64,000 bases of DNA from Lama guanicoe (taxonomy: Eukaryota). Position numbers and translations under genes: made by a program. The notes under the pieces were generated by a model. It was not told the origin of the DNA. It saw only the letters and a program-made list of their open reading frames with translations, and made no database searches. This document shows positions 11,371 to 29,020 of this stretch, piece by piece. The DNA lies in NCBI GenBank assembly GCA_013239625.1, contig MU053810.1, positions 3,876,071 to 3,940,070 on the forward strand. Reading direction: 5' to 3'. The first letter of the stretch is position 1. Every line of letters starts with the position of its first letter.

Positions 11371-14300
11371 GAGTTGACATTCTGCTTTTCTTTTCAACCC
11401 TGGTTAGCCCTTGGTGGGTCTGTCCCTCTGAATATTAATGTTTTTTCCCCTTAGCTAATGAAAGTTTTATTTTTTTATTACTGTCTTACTTCCACTGTAT
11501 CTGTTTTCTTTTCTGAAAACTCTGTTGGAAAGGTATTATACCTCTGGGATCTACCCTCTGTATTTTAACTTTTCTCATGATCTCTAACTGCCGCTTTGCA
11601 CTATGTTCTAAGAGACTTTTTTTTTTGTGCTTTATCTCCTAGATTATTAGTTAAGCTCTTTAGCTGGGTCAATCTTATTATTCAGCCTGCCCAAAGCCTT
11701 TTTTTGTTTGTTTGTTTGTTTGTTTGTTTGTTGTTACTTCCAAGAAAGTGTTCTATTCCTCAAACTGTTCCTTTTCATGGTAACCTGTCCTTGCTTAATG
11801 GATAAAAGTTTCTCTTGAATGTTTCTCCAAAATGTATTTATTTTTTAAAATGTCTTTTAAGTTCTTATCTGTTTCCTAGATTAACTCTTTCCTACAGGTC
11901 CAACTGCTTTGTTCATGCTCTTTGTTCCTTCACTTATTAAATACTTACTATGTGCCATACGTACTTGCTATGTGTCCTACTATGTGTCCGGAAAAGTTCT
12001 AAGCACTAAAGGTACAACAGAAAACAAGGAGAGCTAAAGTAGAGGAGTTATATTAGAAAGGAATTATGAAAGAGAATTTGGGGCACTTTTTGAGTGAGAA
12101 GATAATTGTCTATAATTTCTTATGTGGCAACTAGATGGAGAATGGAACCATTTACAACGATTAAAAAAATAATAGCAATACAGACAATTTTATGCTAGTT
12201 TTCTTTTTTTCTTCTTCTTTTCCTTTATTTTTTTGGTAAATTCAGATTCTGACACTTTGAGTTTGAGACACCCACGGCACAAATGAAAGCATGTAAAAGG
12301 TAACCAGGACAAGGGCTTGGAATCTGGAAGTACCGTTGATCCTAGGAGTTATCAGTGTGTTAGTAGATGCTAAAGACTCGGATAAGACTATTCATGAAAT
12401 TTCTAGAAAGAGAAGAACAGAAGGTCAGTAATGGAGGCCTGTGCCCAGGTGTGGCCGATGCACAGTTCGGATTTATCCCCAGGCTGACAAGATTCTCAGC
12501 ACTGCCTTAATCCTGAACTGGGACCCTAACCCACTGCTCTTCCATTAACTCACTGAAGTCCCGCTCCATCAGTGCCCACAGTCCTGGAGAGCTTTCTGGT
12601 GGTCCTACAACTACCCAGATTATTGTTCCCTTGGTTGTCTATATAGCGCCCTGGAGAAAACTACCACCTCCCACCACCAGCAGAGTGACTCAGTCTTCCC
12701 AAGGTCCATGTGACAGGCAGCAAGCCAAAAACAGAGCCTAAGGCACAACACCACCAGCTGAACAAAACAATGAAAGCCTTTTGTTACCATTAGCCTTCTG
12801 TGGCCTCCGAAAAGTGGGAGTCCCCCAAGTCATAGGAGGCATGCATTTTGGGGGCTCCCTCCACCTGTTTGTTCTCAAAGAGCACAATCCACTTGAATTG
12901 CCTCTCTGACCAGGTCACAAGCAATACAGAGTAAGTTCACTGCCATCTGGATTACAGTGGACCAAGGAAATCACTGGGGTAAGAGCCCAGACTTTGGCAG
13001 GCCCTTGCCCATATGCTAATGGGAACAAGCTAATGCAAATTTAAAAAACGAATCCACAGGAAGTTAGGAAAACAAATTGGCAAAACCAAGTAGGTGTCCA
13101 CTTAGAAAGACATCTACATTTACTTATTTCACTGCACCTGAAGTCCCATCAGTAACTGCAAGTCTATTAAAAAAGAAAAAAAAAGAAAGATTCTGTTTAA
13201 AGTCACCTACAGTAAAAACTAGGACAGATTTTTAAGGCCCTCTTTTCCTGACTCTTACATAATGATCAACTCCGTCATAGCTAGAGATAAGACTGTACTA
13301 AAGCGTATCTTCTGTAAAGCAAATAACTATTCAGTCTCTCCCAAAGACAATACTGTTAGAATAATAAAACAGCACATGTAGACTAGAGTGTTTGCTCTCC
13401 AGTTTGAGATGAACTTTCAACTCTCCTGCAGCACGTTATTTTGAATCCTGGCTCTGTCCACAGTAAACTGTCATTTTGTTTTGCCAGCTGCTGACATTCC
13501 ACTTTCTCTGGAATACATGTCCTGGTCCTTATGTGGCTACTTTATTGACAGGTGCAAATGCTGGACTGCCAAACAACAGGTAGAGGTGACAATGAATGGT
13601 AATATAAATGTAGATCACTCCCTAAGTAGGAAAATGTAAAATAATAATAAAAATAATCAAACACTGTGTTTAGAAATAATTCATTATAAATATTTCTCAT
13701 TTTCTTTTGAATTTGTACATATTTTTATAACTAAAAATCCATAAAATTAAGAAATAGTTTTACTTATAAGAGAAATTACGATTCTTAAATTTGTTTCCCA
13801 CTTTTAAGCACTTAAAACATGTTTTAAAAAACCCAACACTTAAAACACATAATCTAAATTTGGTATCAACAGCCCAGGTTTGCAACAACAGAAGTGCAAT
13901 TATGTTTCTAATTCACAAACATTCCTCTGAAACTTTGGCCATTTGTCCCAGGTTTAATGCCTCCTTAATTCTCTCCTTTAAACCGTCAAATACATTACTA
14001 TCAAAACAATCTTTCTAACTCATGAAGAAAGATGATCTTCTGTCCCTAAAATTTCATTAATCTTGACTTTCACATTATCTTTTTTTTTTTCTGATTACCT
14101 TCTAAACAAACAACTATTTTTGAACACCAGTAATGTACGACTGGGTGGTGGCTGGTGTAGGGGAGAGAGGAGAGCGATGCAGTTGCAGCCTGTGTGCTTA
14201 CAGTTTGGTGAGAAGAGACTTAAGGATGAGGAACGCTGAGGATATAGCACAGGAGGTTGTCTCTAAGCAAGCCCTAATCACTGTGTAGGCCCGAAGTCCA

Positions 14301-15554
14301 AACAAAACACTGACCTCCGCATATCAGTGGTAAATTTTTTTCTAACAAAATCATTAGCATTCAATTTCAAAATTCTTTCAAAAATAGGACAAGACTCCTT
14401 ATTTGATGTACCCCAAGGGTGCCACTCCACATCTGCCAAGGGGCCGTGAGACATCTTGGCAGATGACTGGACTATGAAGCCCTATAGAAACCAGGCTGAT
14501 TCAGGTTATATGCAAACCTCAAGCACATCTGCCCAGTGGCCTGGAAGGTCACGGAAGTCTATACAGGTTGGTCTCTTCACCTGGCTCCGCATCACCCTAG
14601 ACTTCATGTTCACTGCAGGAAGTCAGGACTACAGAAGCAGCACATACATCTCTCATCAAATGATTCTATCTAAAACCTTTATAACCACAACTCTTCCATG
14701 ACGGTAATCTCTCTATGAAAGATGATAAAACCATTGTTTATAATAACAAAAGAATAGCAAAAATGTCTTCAAAAGGCACTAGTAAATTGATAGATATTGC
14801 TTAAGTAAATTGTGCTACTTCTGTGGAGTGAAATACTGTACATGATTAATTACACACATACATAGATAGATATAGATATTCAGTGGCATTGAACAACATT
14901 CCCTGTAACTTGCTGTGTGTGCAAATCTGCATGATTTGTCTGCAAGGATGCTCACAAGAGGTTTTCAATGATTATCTCTGGGTGGCAGGATTCTTTTTTC
15001 TTTCTTCTTTTGATGTTTCTTTACTGAGCAAATTTTGTGTAATAAGTATGAATCCGTTAAAAAAAAATAATGGAACACATCTGGCTCCCTCATAGGATGC
15101 AAAAAAATGCCACTCCCACACTAACAACAAGAAAAATCCAGACACACTACAAAATCACAACTTTTCTTGAACTCATCAGAAAACTGAGGTCACAACCAGG
15201 TAACTGAACTCCAGAGAGGAACAAGCCCTTCCAAGGCGAGAAGAGACAAATAAACAGCCTCACCCACAGCAGAAGGAACACCATGGCAGGGGTAACACAA
15301 GCAGGCAAGAAAAATAAGCTAAAATACAAAGTAGCGGGGAGCAGGTACAGGCTAGCAGGGCGGACTGAAGTAGCTGAGAGCCCATGTTAACAGGGGAGTT
15401 CTCACTCACAGCTTTGTCTCTGTCCCCACAAATGCTTGTGAGAAAAGCTGAGGGCAGGACAGGAAACTTGTGAATCAGGCAGGCTTGAATGGACAAATAA
15501 GAGTTTCACAGTGACTTTCTGCAGAGCTCTTATAAAATTTATTTTAAAAATTGG

Positions 15555-15586
15555 ATTTTTTTTTTTTCGTAGGGGAGGGTAGGTCT

Positions 15587-15617
<31 letters not shown>

Positions 15618-15695
15618 GAGGAAGTACTGGGGATTGAACCCATGACCCCCTGCATGCTAAGCATGTGCTCTACCACTTGAGCTATACCCTCCTCA
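15555..15695 (-). mobile_element. tRNA-derived SINE (vic-1-like)
   Basis: Reverse complement of gtatagctcaagtggtagagcacatgcttagcatgca...gggttcaatccccag, with a (AAAT)n tail. Confidence 0.85.
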
Positions 15696-17122
15696 CTGAA
15701 ATGCTATCTTTACCACTGAAGACTAAGCTCTTTGGTGGGAGGTTTCTGGAGGTTCCTACCAACTGCAGTGACTTCTCACTGATCCCTTGTCCACTAGCTG
15801 CTTGGGTGCTTCCATCTGAATGTTTTTTTGTTGCTTTCCTAATAGGTGTTCGCCTAGCTCTTCCAATGGTTGTAAAAGAATCTAAAATTATTAAAATCTT
15901 TCTCGTTTTAATATAAAAGTTACCTTTAAAATATGCATATGCCTTACTTAATGTAAACCAGACAGAAATGTCATGTTATCTGGGTCAGAATCCACTTGCA
16001 GACTCTCAGTTAAGAGACGGACTAGAATCACACCCTATATTGTTCAAGCTCATGTCCATCATTCTGGTGGCATGAAGCCCAATATGGGTTCCCATGTGCT
16101 TTCAGCCACTGAACTAACTAGACTCCATACACTTCACGGCACTGGTGTAGGTAACTCCTTATTCTATTCTGGAGATACGTATTATTACAGTCGACAGAGA
16201 AATGTCTCCCACATAGAGACTGGTGACGGAGACCCTCAGGCTATTTTTAAGATACTTTAAAGTCTAAATATCAGTGTACCTTGATTCCCTAATAAAGTTG
16301 CATAGGCTAATAAAACATTAGAACTCTTACAGTTTGGCCTGCATAAAGTAAGTACAGTGAGCTATGACTGGTTGTCTAAGGTTGATCAGAAATACAAGTT
16401 AGGAGTGATAGGTAAGAGGTGAATAAATAAGGGAAGAGCAAATAACTGTCCTTTGATTACTTCAGTTTTTTGATGAACAAGCAGAGACTTCATGGAGGAA
16501 AAGAAATCAAAAAGGCATTACATGAAGAAAAGTCTTAAGTACCACTGTCTGCGAAAAGACATTCCTAAAGAAAGGGGAACTGATGTATGTTTTAACTTAT
16601 ATAAACTAATTCCCAGGATTTGAGGAGAAACCTGGGACCTGGGGTGACTCGGCTTGAAGAGGTCAAGGCTGGAGAAAATGACAGGTTGGCAGAGTTGGAT
16701 CCAAGGAGCATGGCCAATAGTCCAACAGCAGCAGCCGATGGAGTGTTGCTGCCTTAGGCTGATGTGGGCTAGTGTCCATCCTGGGGCTGTTTGACAGCAG
16801 TGAGTCTGTGATGGAAGTCACAGCAGGACTGGGATAGGCCATGATGGTCATTAGGATGAGGGGCAGCATGACAAGAGTTCAGGGGCTGAGGCTCCAGTCT
16901 GGGCAGCGTCAGGACTCTGGTCAAATGACCTGGTGTTCGAGACTGGCCCCAACTCCCAGTGTGAGCTGGAAAGAAACCCACAGCTAAAACCCAGGTAGAT
17001 GGAGTAGAGTAACCCCATGCAGTGAGATGGTGGCCCTGCGGGCTCCTGGATGACGTTTCTTCTGTTCCCACCAAGATGTCACCCATGGTCAGGTCCTAGC
17101 ATCTGCCCAGGACTGACAGTGT

Positions 17123-19063
17123 AGATGAACTCTACGTGTATACACTCTGGTTATCATTTTCCGGCTTTCCTCTTTTAAATATTTTATTATGTTGAGGGAG
17201 ATGGACTTAAAAATTGTCTGAAGGGTTTTTACCATCTTTACTGCATGTAAATGAAGAATAGAAACTGATAACAAATCTCAAGTTTATCTTTTCCTGATTT
17301 CCACACCAATAACTTAGGTCCTTAAATTATACTAAAATATTAGAATTTCTACAAGTAAATTGTTATAATTGTTCCCCAACAAAAATAAACAAGAAGAAAA
17401 CAAGGCGTAAAACCTCTCAGGTGATTTTTAATTTAAAAAAATTTATCAACACAACATTGTAAACTGACTATAACTCAATAAAAATAGGGAAAAATTTTAA
17501 AAAGGAAAAGAAAAACATTTAAAATTTTTTTCATTTGTGAACAAACATTGGATATTATTTTCACTAAAAAATTTTTAGTTCCACATATACTGAAAATATT
17601 TAACTTATCATCAAACTACTCAGAATAAAATAATACAGAAAGTAAAAGCCACCTTCAATTGAATTTTAAGTATGATATTATTCAGATTTTTTTCAGTTTT
17701 GGTCTCTGAGAGCAGAATCTAAAGACGAATTCACTTTAGTGGCAAATGAAAAACTTGGTTTTAAAATAAAACAAGTAATTGCAGTTATGATTTCAATTGT
17801 CTCTACATTTTAAAGTTGTTCATGTTAGGAAACAAAGATCCAGTATGGTAAAGAAAATTCTTTTGGGTTAACATAATCTGTTAAAATACAGTAAATATTC
17901 TTTGGCAGCCCCTGAAGACGATCATATCCTAGCTCTGGGTTATTCCACCACCCGGGGGGAGGGGGCAAGATCGACAAGGAGCAAAATGCTGGCTTTCCCA
18001 CGTAGCTCTGAAGAGCTATGAACTGCCTGCTTTATCAACCCAAGCCCAGGGGAAAAATAATGATATAATGAAACAATGAACGGACTATATTAATTTCTTC
18101 TCTGATGGAGCTTATTTTCAACTTCACAGGCAAACCAATCAGGGGAAAGGGATGTATAGGAAAGGGGTGGGAAAGATTTTCCTCTCACCCACCTGGCCTC
18201 TAGCACTATATACCATCATAGTTCTATATCCTATAGTAGTAATAATTTTTAAAAAATTACTAGCTTGCAGGGTGACTATGGCCATAACCGCAAAACAACT
18301 GCAGAATATTTCACCTCACAGTTCTTGAATGCCAAAAGAATATGTTCTAGAGTTTTTATTAAAGTTTTTTATGATGTACAGATTGCTGTGTGTGGAGTGA
18401 AGTTGAAGAATGGGAGTATGACTGACTTTGTCCTGTGTCCCATTTCCCACACAGAAGGACCCTGATGCTTTCTGCAGATCTAAGCACTCACCATATGTCC
18501 CATCAGCATCGACAGGTTACCCCGTGAAAGCTCAGAAGTCTTCTAGGGGAGCATTTACTGGGTGCAACCTTAATTAACTAATTACCCTGGAGCGGGGAGG
18601 GGAAAAACCTGGGAATCCAATGTAACCTTGTTACGTGAAACCTCAGTATTTGAAATGTTTCAGAGCTATCAAAAAATAAACTTTACACCAAAACGCTGTC
18701 CAAATACAAATCTCATGTTGGGAAATCTTTCATAAATAGGAATCAGACAGCAATGTTCCTACCGGGCTGTTCAGACTGGCTAAACACTCGGTTTATCGCT
18801 GTGTGCGCACTGTGTGAAGCACGTGGTGCCGTTCCCACCAAATGACACAGATTTCAAAAAATAAGTATGACTAATTAGATAAGGTAAATGACTGATGTAA
18901 AAAAGTTCCTGCAGCAAGCTCTCCGTTTGGTCATTTACACGCAGTAAAGATGATAAAACCCTTCAGAGACTATTTTTAAGTCCAACTACCTTGACATAAT
19001 AAAACATTTAAGAGAGAGAAGCAGGGAAATGATAACCAGAGTGCATACACGCAGACTTCATCT
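17123..19063. repeat. Inverted repeat with arms 17123-17254 and 18931-19063 (~85% identity) and a ~1.68 kb spacer
   Basis: The reverse complement of the left arm aligns to the right arm with about 16 substitutions and 2 small indels (manual alignment). Confidence 0.9.
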
Positions 19064-19425
19064 GGGATAAGGAATACAGCACGCACGGAAGTGATGGAAG
19101 GGAGTAGCAGGATTATTAAGAGTAACAGGATTATTCCTCGCAAAGGTGTATATGAAAGCAGTAACGGGGAGCTAGAAAAATATATTTCTCTTTAACATCG
19201 AGTCAATTCCCATGAAAATGCTTACGTCATCTCTCCCCTCCCCACCCCCGCCCAGTTTTAACTTATTGTTACACATTAACTTCAGAGTCTCCCTGCTGAA
19301 CAAAATGGACTGTTAAAGCTTTGGAAACATCTAGGTAGCAATCAGTCTGGTCAGAAGGAAAGGCTGTGACACGAAGGGAAAATCCTACTGAAATGACACC
19401 CTCTCAGAGACCCTGTCTGCCCCTG

Positions 19426-19439
19426 TCTCCCCCTGCTGG
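19426..19439 (-). promoter_or_regulatory. Candidate CTCF motif
   Basis: Minus strand ccagcagggggaga; motif match only. Confidence 0.3.
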
Positions 19440-21290
19440 TGCATTTTCCATCGGGGGCGGTATTTCTGCCCCTCATGGCTGTGACTTTGGAAGCTCAATT
19501 TTGAGCTGTCCATTGGGGCCACTGGAGTTTCTAATCTGCAATTCTAGGGTTTAGTTTCTGCCCTGGGCCTGCAGTGAGGACCGGGCAGCTCCCCTGGCTG
19601 CCGTGAGCTCAGGGTGGAGGCTCCGTTGCTCTGTCCCCATCAGTTGCTGGAATCCTGCTCTGCAATCCTCCCTGCCATCCTCTCAGAGCTTTGGACCACA
19701 GACCCCTGCACATGACCTGATTTCATGGCAGCTGACAGAGCTTTCTGGAACAGGACATCACCTCCACCACAGGCTCCTTAAGGCTCAGGCTTGGACCAGA
19801 GCCCCTCACCCAGTAAGGCTGGGCCCCCACCAAGGTCAGCAGGCAGCACCTCACACTCAGCCCAGGGGGTTGCTTTTTGGTTGTTTTGCTTTTTGTTTTC
19901 TCATGGGCCTCTCCCCATCAAACAAACAAACAAACAAACAAACAAAACCCAACTTGCCAAACCTGGATTCTAAACATCTTACATCTAGGACCCAGTCACT
20001 GGTGAAGTCATACACTGTAGTCCCCAAATGTCATTCTCTCCTCCTTGGGAAATAACATTGATTTCCAGTTGTTGATACTTCCTAACTTTCTGCAAAGTGT
20101 GAGTGATTTCAGAGAAGAATGCCTTTTCTACCCAGTGGGGTGACCTGCAGTGGTATAACGCCCTGGCCTTTCTCTGCCTGCTCTCCGCCTCCTAAGCTGG
20201 GTTCCAGCAGTGAGCACCTGCCTGAGGAGTCAGCGAGAGGACCAGATCTCTTCTCACCCCTGCTTGGAGTGAGGATGACACAGCGAGCAAGATTCTGCTC
20301 TGCTCTCCTGCCCTAAATGTTGGAGAGGCAGATCTGCCCCCTGCGGGGGAAGGAGGAAGAACATGGGGACACGTGGAAACAACACAAAGGCGTAAGGGAA
20401 AACAAAATGTGCTAGTGGACAGACAGAGTCTTTCCAGGAAGGGCTGTACCTTGGCTGTGTGTGTCACCAGCCGGCCTCTAAGCTTTCTGAAAGTCAGCGT
20501 GGAGAAGGACCCTGGACTGGCTGCATGATTCCCAGTGCCCGCTGGACACGTCAACTGCTCAGAGAAGTGCAACTCTTCCCATAACTAACTGCAGAAGAAA
20601 GTTTCCCCACCGGCTCCTTACAAAGGAGGACCGAGTAATGCAGTTAGCAGCATCTTTGCACTGTCCACACAATAAGCCAACACTGAGTCGAATGTCACAG
20701 ATCTGCTTCTTAACATGCCTTTAACGCAGACCAGCAGGACCACCGCAGTCAGGCAGAAGGGATTCTGATTATTTGGAGGCAAGTGGGGCAAGGAGAGCAA
20801 TACCATATAATTCATGCACACATGTCCCTGACAGTACGAGTTAATCCTCTGTAGATTTAGAACAGTCCATGAGCAAATGGACTGTACACACGCATGTCCT
20901 TCAGGGAATCTTCAGGAAGCTTCTGATAGATACTGGGCAGTAATGAATTAGAGGTGATACATCCCAGAAAGTGCTTGCAATGTGGCTTCTCCATCTTCCT
21001 AATTTAATAGAGAGCCATGAAGGCTTAGTGACTCGGTGAAATAAACCACCAAGCTAAGGATAATGGTGGCATCCTCCTGGGTGAGGGGACTGAAAAGGAC
21101 ATGCCGTTGCTGGGAAGAGCAGCCAGAGCCCCTGCCCAGCTGCGTGCAGAGGGAGCGGGGGGGAGTGGGGGGTTGGAGGCTGCGGGCTCCATGCTGGACA
21201 GGAGGAGGGGTGTGGAGGCTGCAGCAGCACAGTGGCCTCTCTGCAGATGAAGGAAGTGTCACAGGGCATCATCCTGTGAGTGGGTCTTAC

Positions 21291-21458
21291 CGTGGGCTGC
21301 TCTTCCTTTAAAGGCTTCATTGGACTCTTGACTCGTTTGGTCTTAAAATGCAATAAACTGATGGAGGAGGAATGTGGCCTCGAAACACCTGCACTCTTGG
21401 GCTGTGAGGGCTGCGGGGACAAAGTGGTTTCTTTCTCCTTGAGTGTTTCTCTGATGCC
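21291..21458 (-). CDS. C10orf67: C10orf67-like exon GIRETLKEKE...KPLKEEQPT (56 aa, Ser/Pro/Lys-rich)
   Basis: ttttttgtgccag|GGC...ACG|gtaaga, 168 nt, phase 0-0. LSP, RPHS and LKE motifs match human as recalled. Confidence 0.85.
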
Positions 21459-22104
21459 CTGGCACAAAAAAACCATTCTGTTATCCTCGTTTCATGCTTC
21501 AGGTCCATGCCCCTCCCTTGGCCTCCCTTGCCCGCCTCTCCTGAACTAGAATCCCAGGGCTGAAGTTTTCACCCCCAAAGGGCCTGGATCTGTTCTTGCT
21601 CCCAGGCCCACCATTCCCCTTCCACCCCCCCACCCACTTGGCCTGATATAGTTTGCAGGAGGGGCCTGTTTTTCTGCTTCTCCCACTGATGCTCCTGTAC
21701 TAAGAACATGCCAACAGATCAGTGTTTCCTGGAAGCACCTGGAAAGGTGGGGGTCTTCATGGAGTGGGGTGAGCTGTAGCTTGAGGTGTGTATCTTCTTT
21801 GTAAGGAGGTGGGAGAGCAGCAGGTAGGAATGAAGGGACAGGAGTCTGAAGGGACAGGGCACTGAGCCTAAGATCTGGCACATCAGATGGCACCTTCCAC
21901 TCACTCTCTCCCCACTACTCTCCACCATTAGCCTCCTGGTCACCCATTCACCCTTCTTGCCTCACTCTTAAGCATTTTCTCCTTCAAACTAAGATGTTGG
22001 AAAGTGAAAAGCCTCGGGGTGGTATGTACAATTTCTTCAACCCAGATGCCCAAATCAAAGCTGAACAGAATAAAAAAGAAAAAAAAAAGAACTTAAAAGC
22101 AAAC

Positions 22105-22164
22105 CTTGGTGCCTGTGGCGTCAAACTTTCTTCTCATTTCAATGTCCTCTTTCTGTTTATTAAC
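22105..22164 (-). CDS. C10orf67: C10orf67-like exon VNKQKEDIEMRRKFDATGTK
   Basis: aatctcacag|GTT...AAG|gtttgc, 60 nt. Resembles human INKQKEDKEMRKKY. Confidence 0.87.
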
Positions 22165-22689
22165 CTGTGAGATTAAAGACCCATATCATTTGTTATCATT
22201 TGCAAAGATTAAAAAAGAGGCTTTTCAGTAAAACTTCCTTAAGCAATGAAAGAGTAGCACTTTAAACATTTCACTGCCAAAACTATTATGGGAATATAAG
22301 TTATAATCTTGAATATGAATTAGAAGAGAAAATAAATTTGTACCCAGGAAAAAAGTACTTATAAGTGAACAGGAATAGATAAAATTGTAAATATTTAAAG
22401 TCACTGGCATGTGTTTATTTCTTTAAGCATAACAGGCATTATACGAAAACATGCATTCTTTGCTTATGAGGTAATAATTTGTTTCATGTATTATTATAAT
22501 AGCTATAAATCCCAGGCTTTTTAAGATATTTTTGCAGAAATTTCAGATAGTAGCCAAACTTCAGTAATTTAATGAAAAAACTTTAGCTTAAAAAGTTAAT
22601 TCTAATTTCCAGGCAAAAAGGCATTTTATCAATGTGTATGTGTGTGTGTATATATATGTATATATATATATACACACTTTGATATATAT

Positions 22690-23155
22690 TTAAATTGAGA
22701 TATTATTGACATGTAACAGGTGTACAACATAATGATTCAATATTTGCATATATTACAAAATGATCACAATGAGTCTAGCTAACACCTATCATTATACATG
22801 TTATAATTTTTTCTTATATTGGGAACTTCTGCTCTCTTAGCAGCTTTCAGATAAGCAATACAGCATTATTAACAATACAGCATTATTAACTACAGTCACC
22901 ATGTTGTACATTATATTCCCCTAACTTACTTTTTATTACTATAAATTTGTGCCTTCTGAACACCTTTACCCATTTAATCCCGCACCTCACACCTCTGGCA
23001 ACTGTGAATCTGTTCTCTGTATCTATGAGTTTGGGTTTTGTTTTTTTTAATCCACCTATATGTGAGATCATATGGTATCTATTTTTCTCCATCTGACTTA
23101 TTTCACTTAGCATAATTTCCTCAAAGCCCATCTATGTTGTTGCAAATGGCAAAAA
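22690..23155 (-). mobile_element. L1 3' end
   Basis: The ORF track shows the L1 ORF2 C-terminal peptide IMLSEISQMEKNRYHMISHI. Confidence 0.85.
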
Positions 23156-23396
23156 AAAGAAAAAATTAATGCATGTTTCAATAATATTAAGTTTTTTTTC
23201 ATAATATAAATTTATGAGTAATGCTAGTGATTTTAATTCTGGCTGATCTTTTTATGAAATTAAACAATGATGAGAAATACATCTAACCATTCATTTCATT
23301 GGTATCTGAACAACAACAACAGATTTTCAAACCTCTCTCTCACCTACTGATATAGAGCAGAATTCAACAGAAAGCAGGTCTGTCTCATGAAATCTT

Positions 23397-26978
<3,582 letters not shown>

Positions 26979-27229
26979 CTGTCTCATGAAATCTTGGAAA
27001 CAGGAAGGATAGTAACTGATGCCCAGGAGGGACTGTATTTAGAGGGTCTTGGTGAGTTTTAACTCAAGGCTGATGTTATAACTAAGCTCCATCATAATGG
27101 TTTGAAATCATTTTCTCCATATAATTATAAGAAATTGCTAAAAAAATTAATAAGTTCTCTCTCATTCACTAAAAATACATTTACTGAGTGCACATTATAT
27201 GCCGGACACTAAAAACATACATAAAGCCA

Positions 27230-29020
27230 CATCCATCAAAGAAAACAATTGATAAATTAGAATTTAAAGTAAAAAAAAAATTTTTCTCATCAAAACACAG
27301 TGTTAAGAAAATGAACAGAAAAGGCACAACTGGTGGGGAAATAGTTACAAAACATGTATCTGTCAAAAGACTGGTACCCAAGAGACAGTTTCTGTATTGT
27401 GGTGGTATGTTTAGTTTTGAAGAACCTGTCAAACTGTTTCTCTAGGTATCCAATTTGTCTGCCCTTATTCACAAATAAAATTTTAAAAACTTCAATGTTT
27501 TAGAATGGCCTTTTCTTTTGAAATAATTGTAGATTCACATGCAATTGTAAGAAATAATACAGCAAGACCTTGTGATGCTCTTTACCCAGTTTCCCCTAAA
27601 GGTAACATTTTGCAAAACTATAGTACAATATCACAATTAGGATACTGGCAATTATGATCCACCAATCTTATTCAGACTTCTCTAGTATACATTCATGCAC
27701 GTACTTCTATGCAATGATATCATCTGTGTATGTTTCTCTATAACCACAGTCAAGATACAGAAGAGTACCACCACCACAGGGATCTCCCCTGCTGCCCTTT
27801 TAAAACCACATCCACCTCCTTTATTGTGCCCCCTCCCCATCCTTAACCCTGGCAACCACATTTTTAAAACTCTGTCTTTTCAAAAGAGTTATATAAATGA
27901 ATCATACAAAGGTAATCTTTGGGGATTGTTTTTTTCCATTCAGCGTAATTCTTTGGATTCGTCCAGGCTGCAACTGCAGCATTAGACTATTCTTTTTTAT
28001 TGCTAAGTAGTATTGCGTAGTATGGATGTACCACAGTTTAACCATTTATCTGTTTAATGACATGGGAGTTGCTTCCAGCTTTGTAAAATTGCTGTCTGCT
28101 CTTTAATGTTTGCTAGATTCTCTAATGAAACCACCCAGACCTAGAGATTCCTTTCTCAGGAGCTTTTAAATTATGGATTCAATTTTTATTATTTTTACTA
28201 TTAAGATCACCTATTTTTCATCTTGGTTGAATTTTGGTAGTTACTGTTTTTTGAGGACTTGCTCCATTTTTTTCCAAGTTGTAAAATTTATGAGCAGAAA
28301 GTTGTTTGTAGTTTCCCTGAGCATCCTTCTGAAGACTTTAGTTTCTATATTGATATCCCATTTCATCCTTAATCTTGGAGATGTGTGTCTTTTACCCCAT
28401 CTACTTCCATGCTTTTTTAGTCTTGCTAGAAGTTTATCATTTTTATTGATTTATTTTCAAAAATGAGATCTTTATTCATAGATTTTCTCTGTTGTTTCAG
28501 TATTTTCAACTTCACTTATTTCTGCCATTATCTTCATTATTTTCTTCCTTTGCCTCTTCTTTTTCTGACTGCTTGAGGTAGGAACTTAGGTTACTGATTT
28601 AAGATCTTTTCCCTCTTCTCTGCTGTAGGTATTTAGTGATTTCCCTCTCAGCACCGTTTCTAGCTATATCTAACATGCTTGATATGTTTTATTTTTCATT
28701 CAGTTCTTTGTACCTAAAAAAATATATATATATATATATTGAGACTTCTTTTTAACTGATGAACTATTTGGAAGCTTGTTGTTTAATTTCCAAGTGTTTA
28801 AAGATTTTCCCCTTATCTTTTGTAGTTTGATTCAATCTTGATCAGCAAACCTATTTTGCAAGATTATAGTTTTTAAAAATGCGTTCAGGTGTATTTTATG
28901 GCCCAGAATGTGGTCTATTGCAGGGAGAGTCCCATAGGTACCAGGAGAAAAAGCATTCTGCTGTTGTTGTATAGAGTGTTCCCTATATGCCAATTAAACC
29001 CTATTGGCTGATGATGTTTC
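27230..29020. mobile_element. Cluster of old L1 fragments (mostly minus strand)
   Basis: Degenerate L1M-type 3'UTR and ORF2 motifs (agattcacatgcaattgtaagaaataatacag; gttgtttaatttccaagtgttt). Confidence 0.7.
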
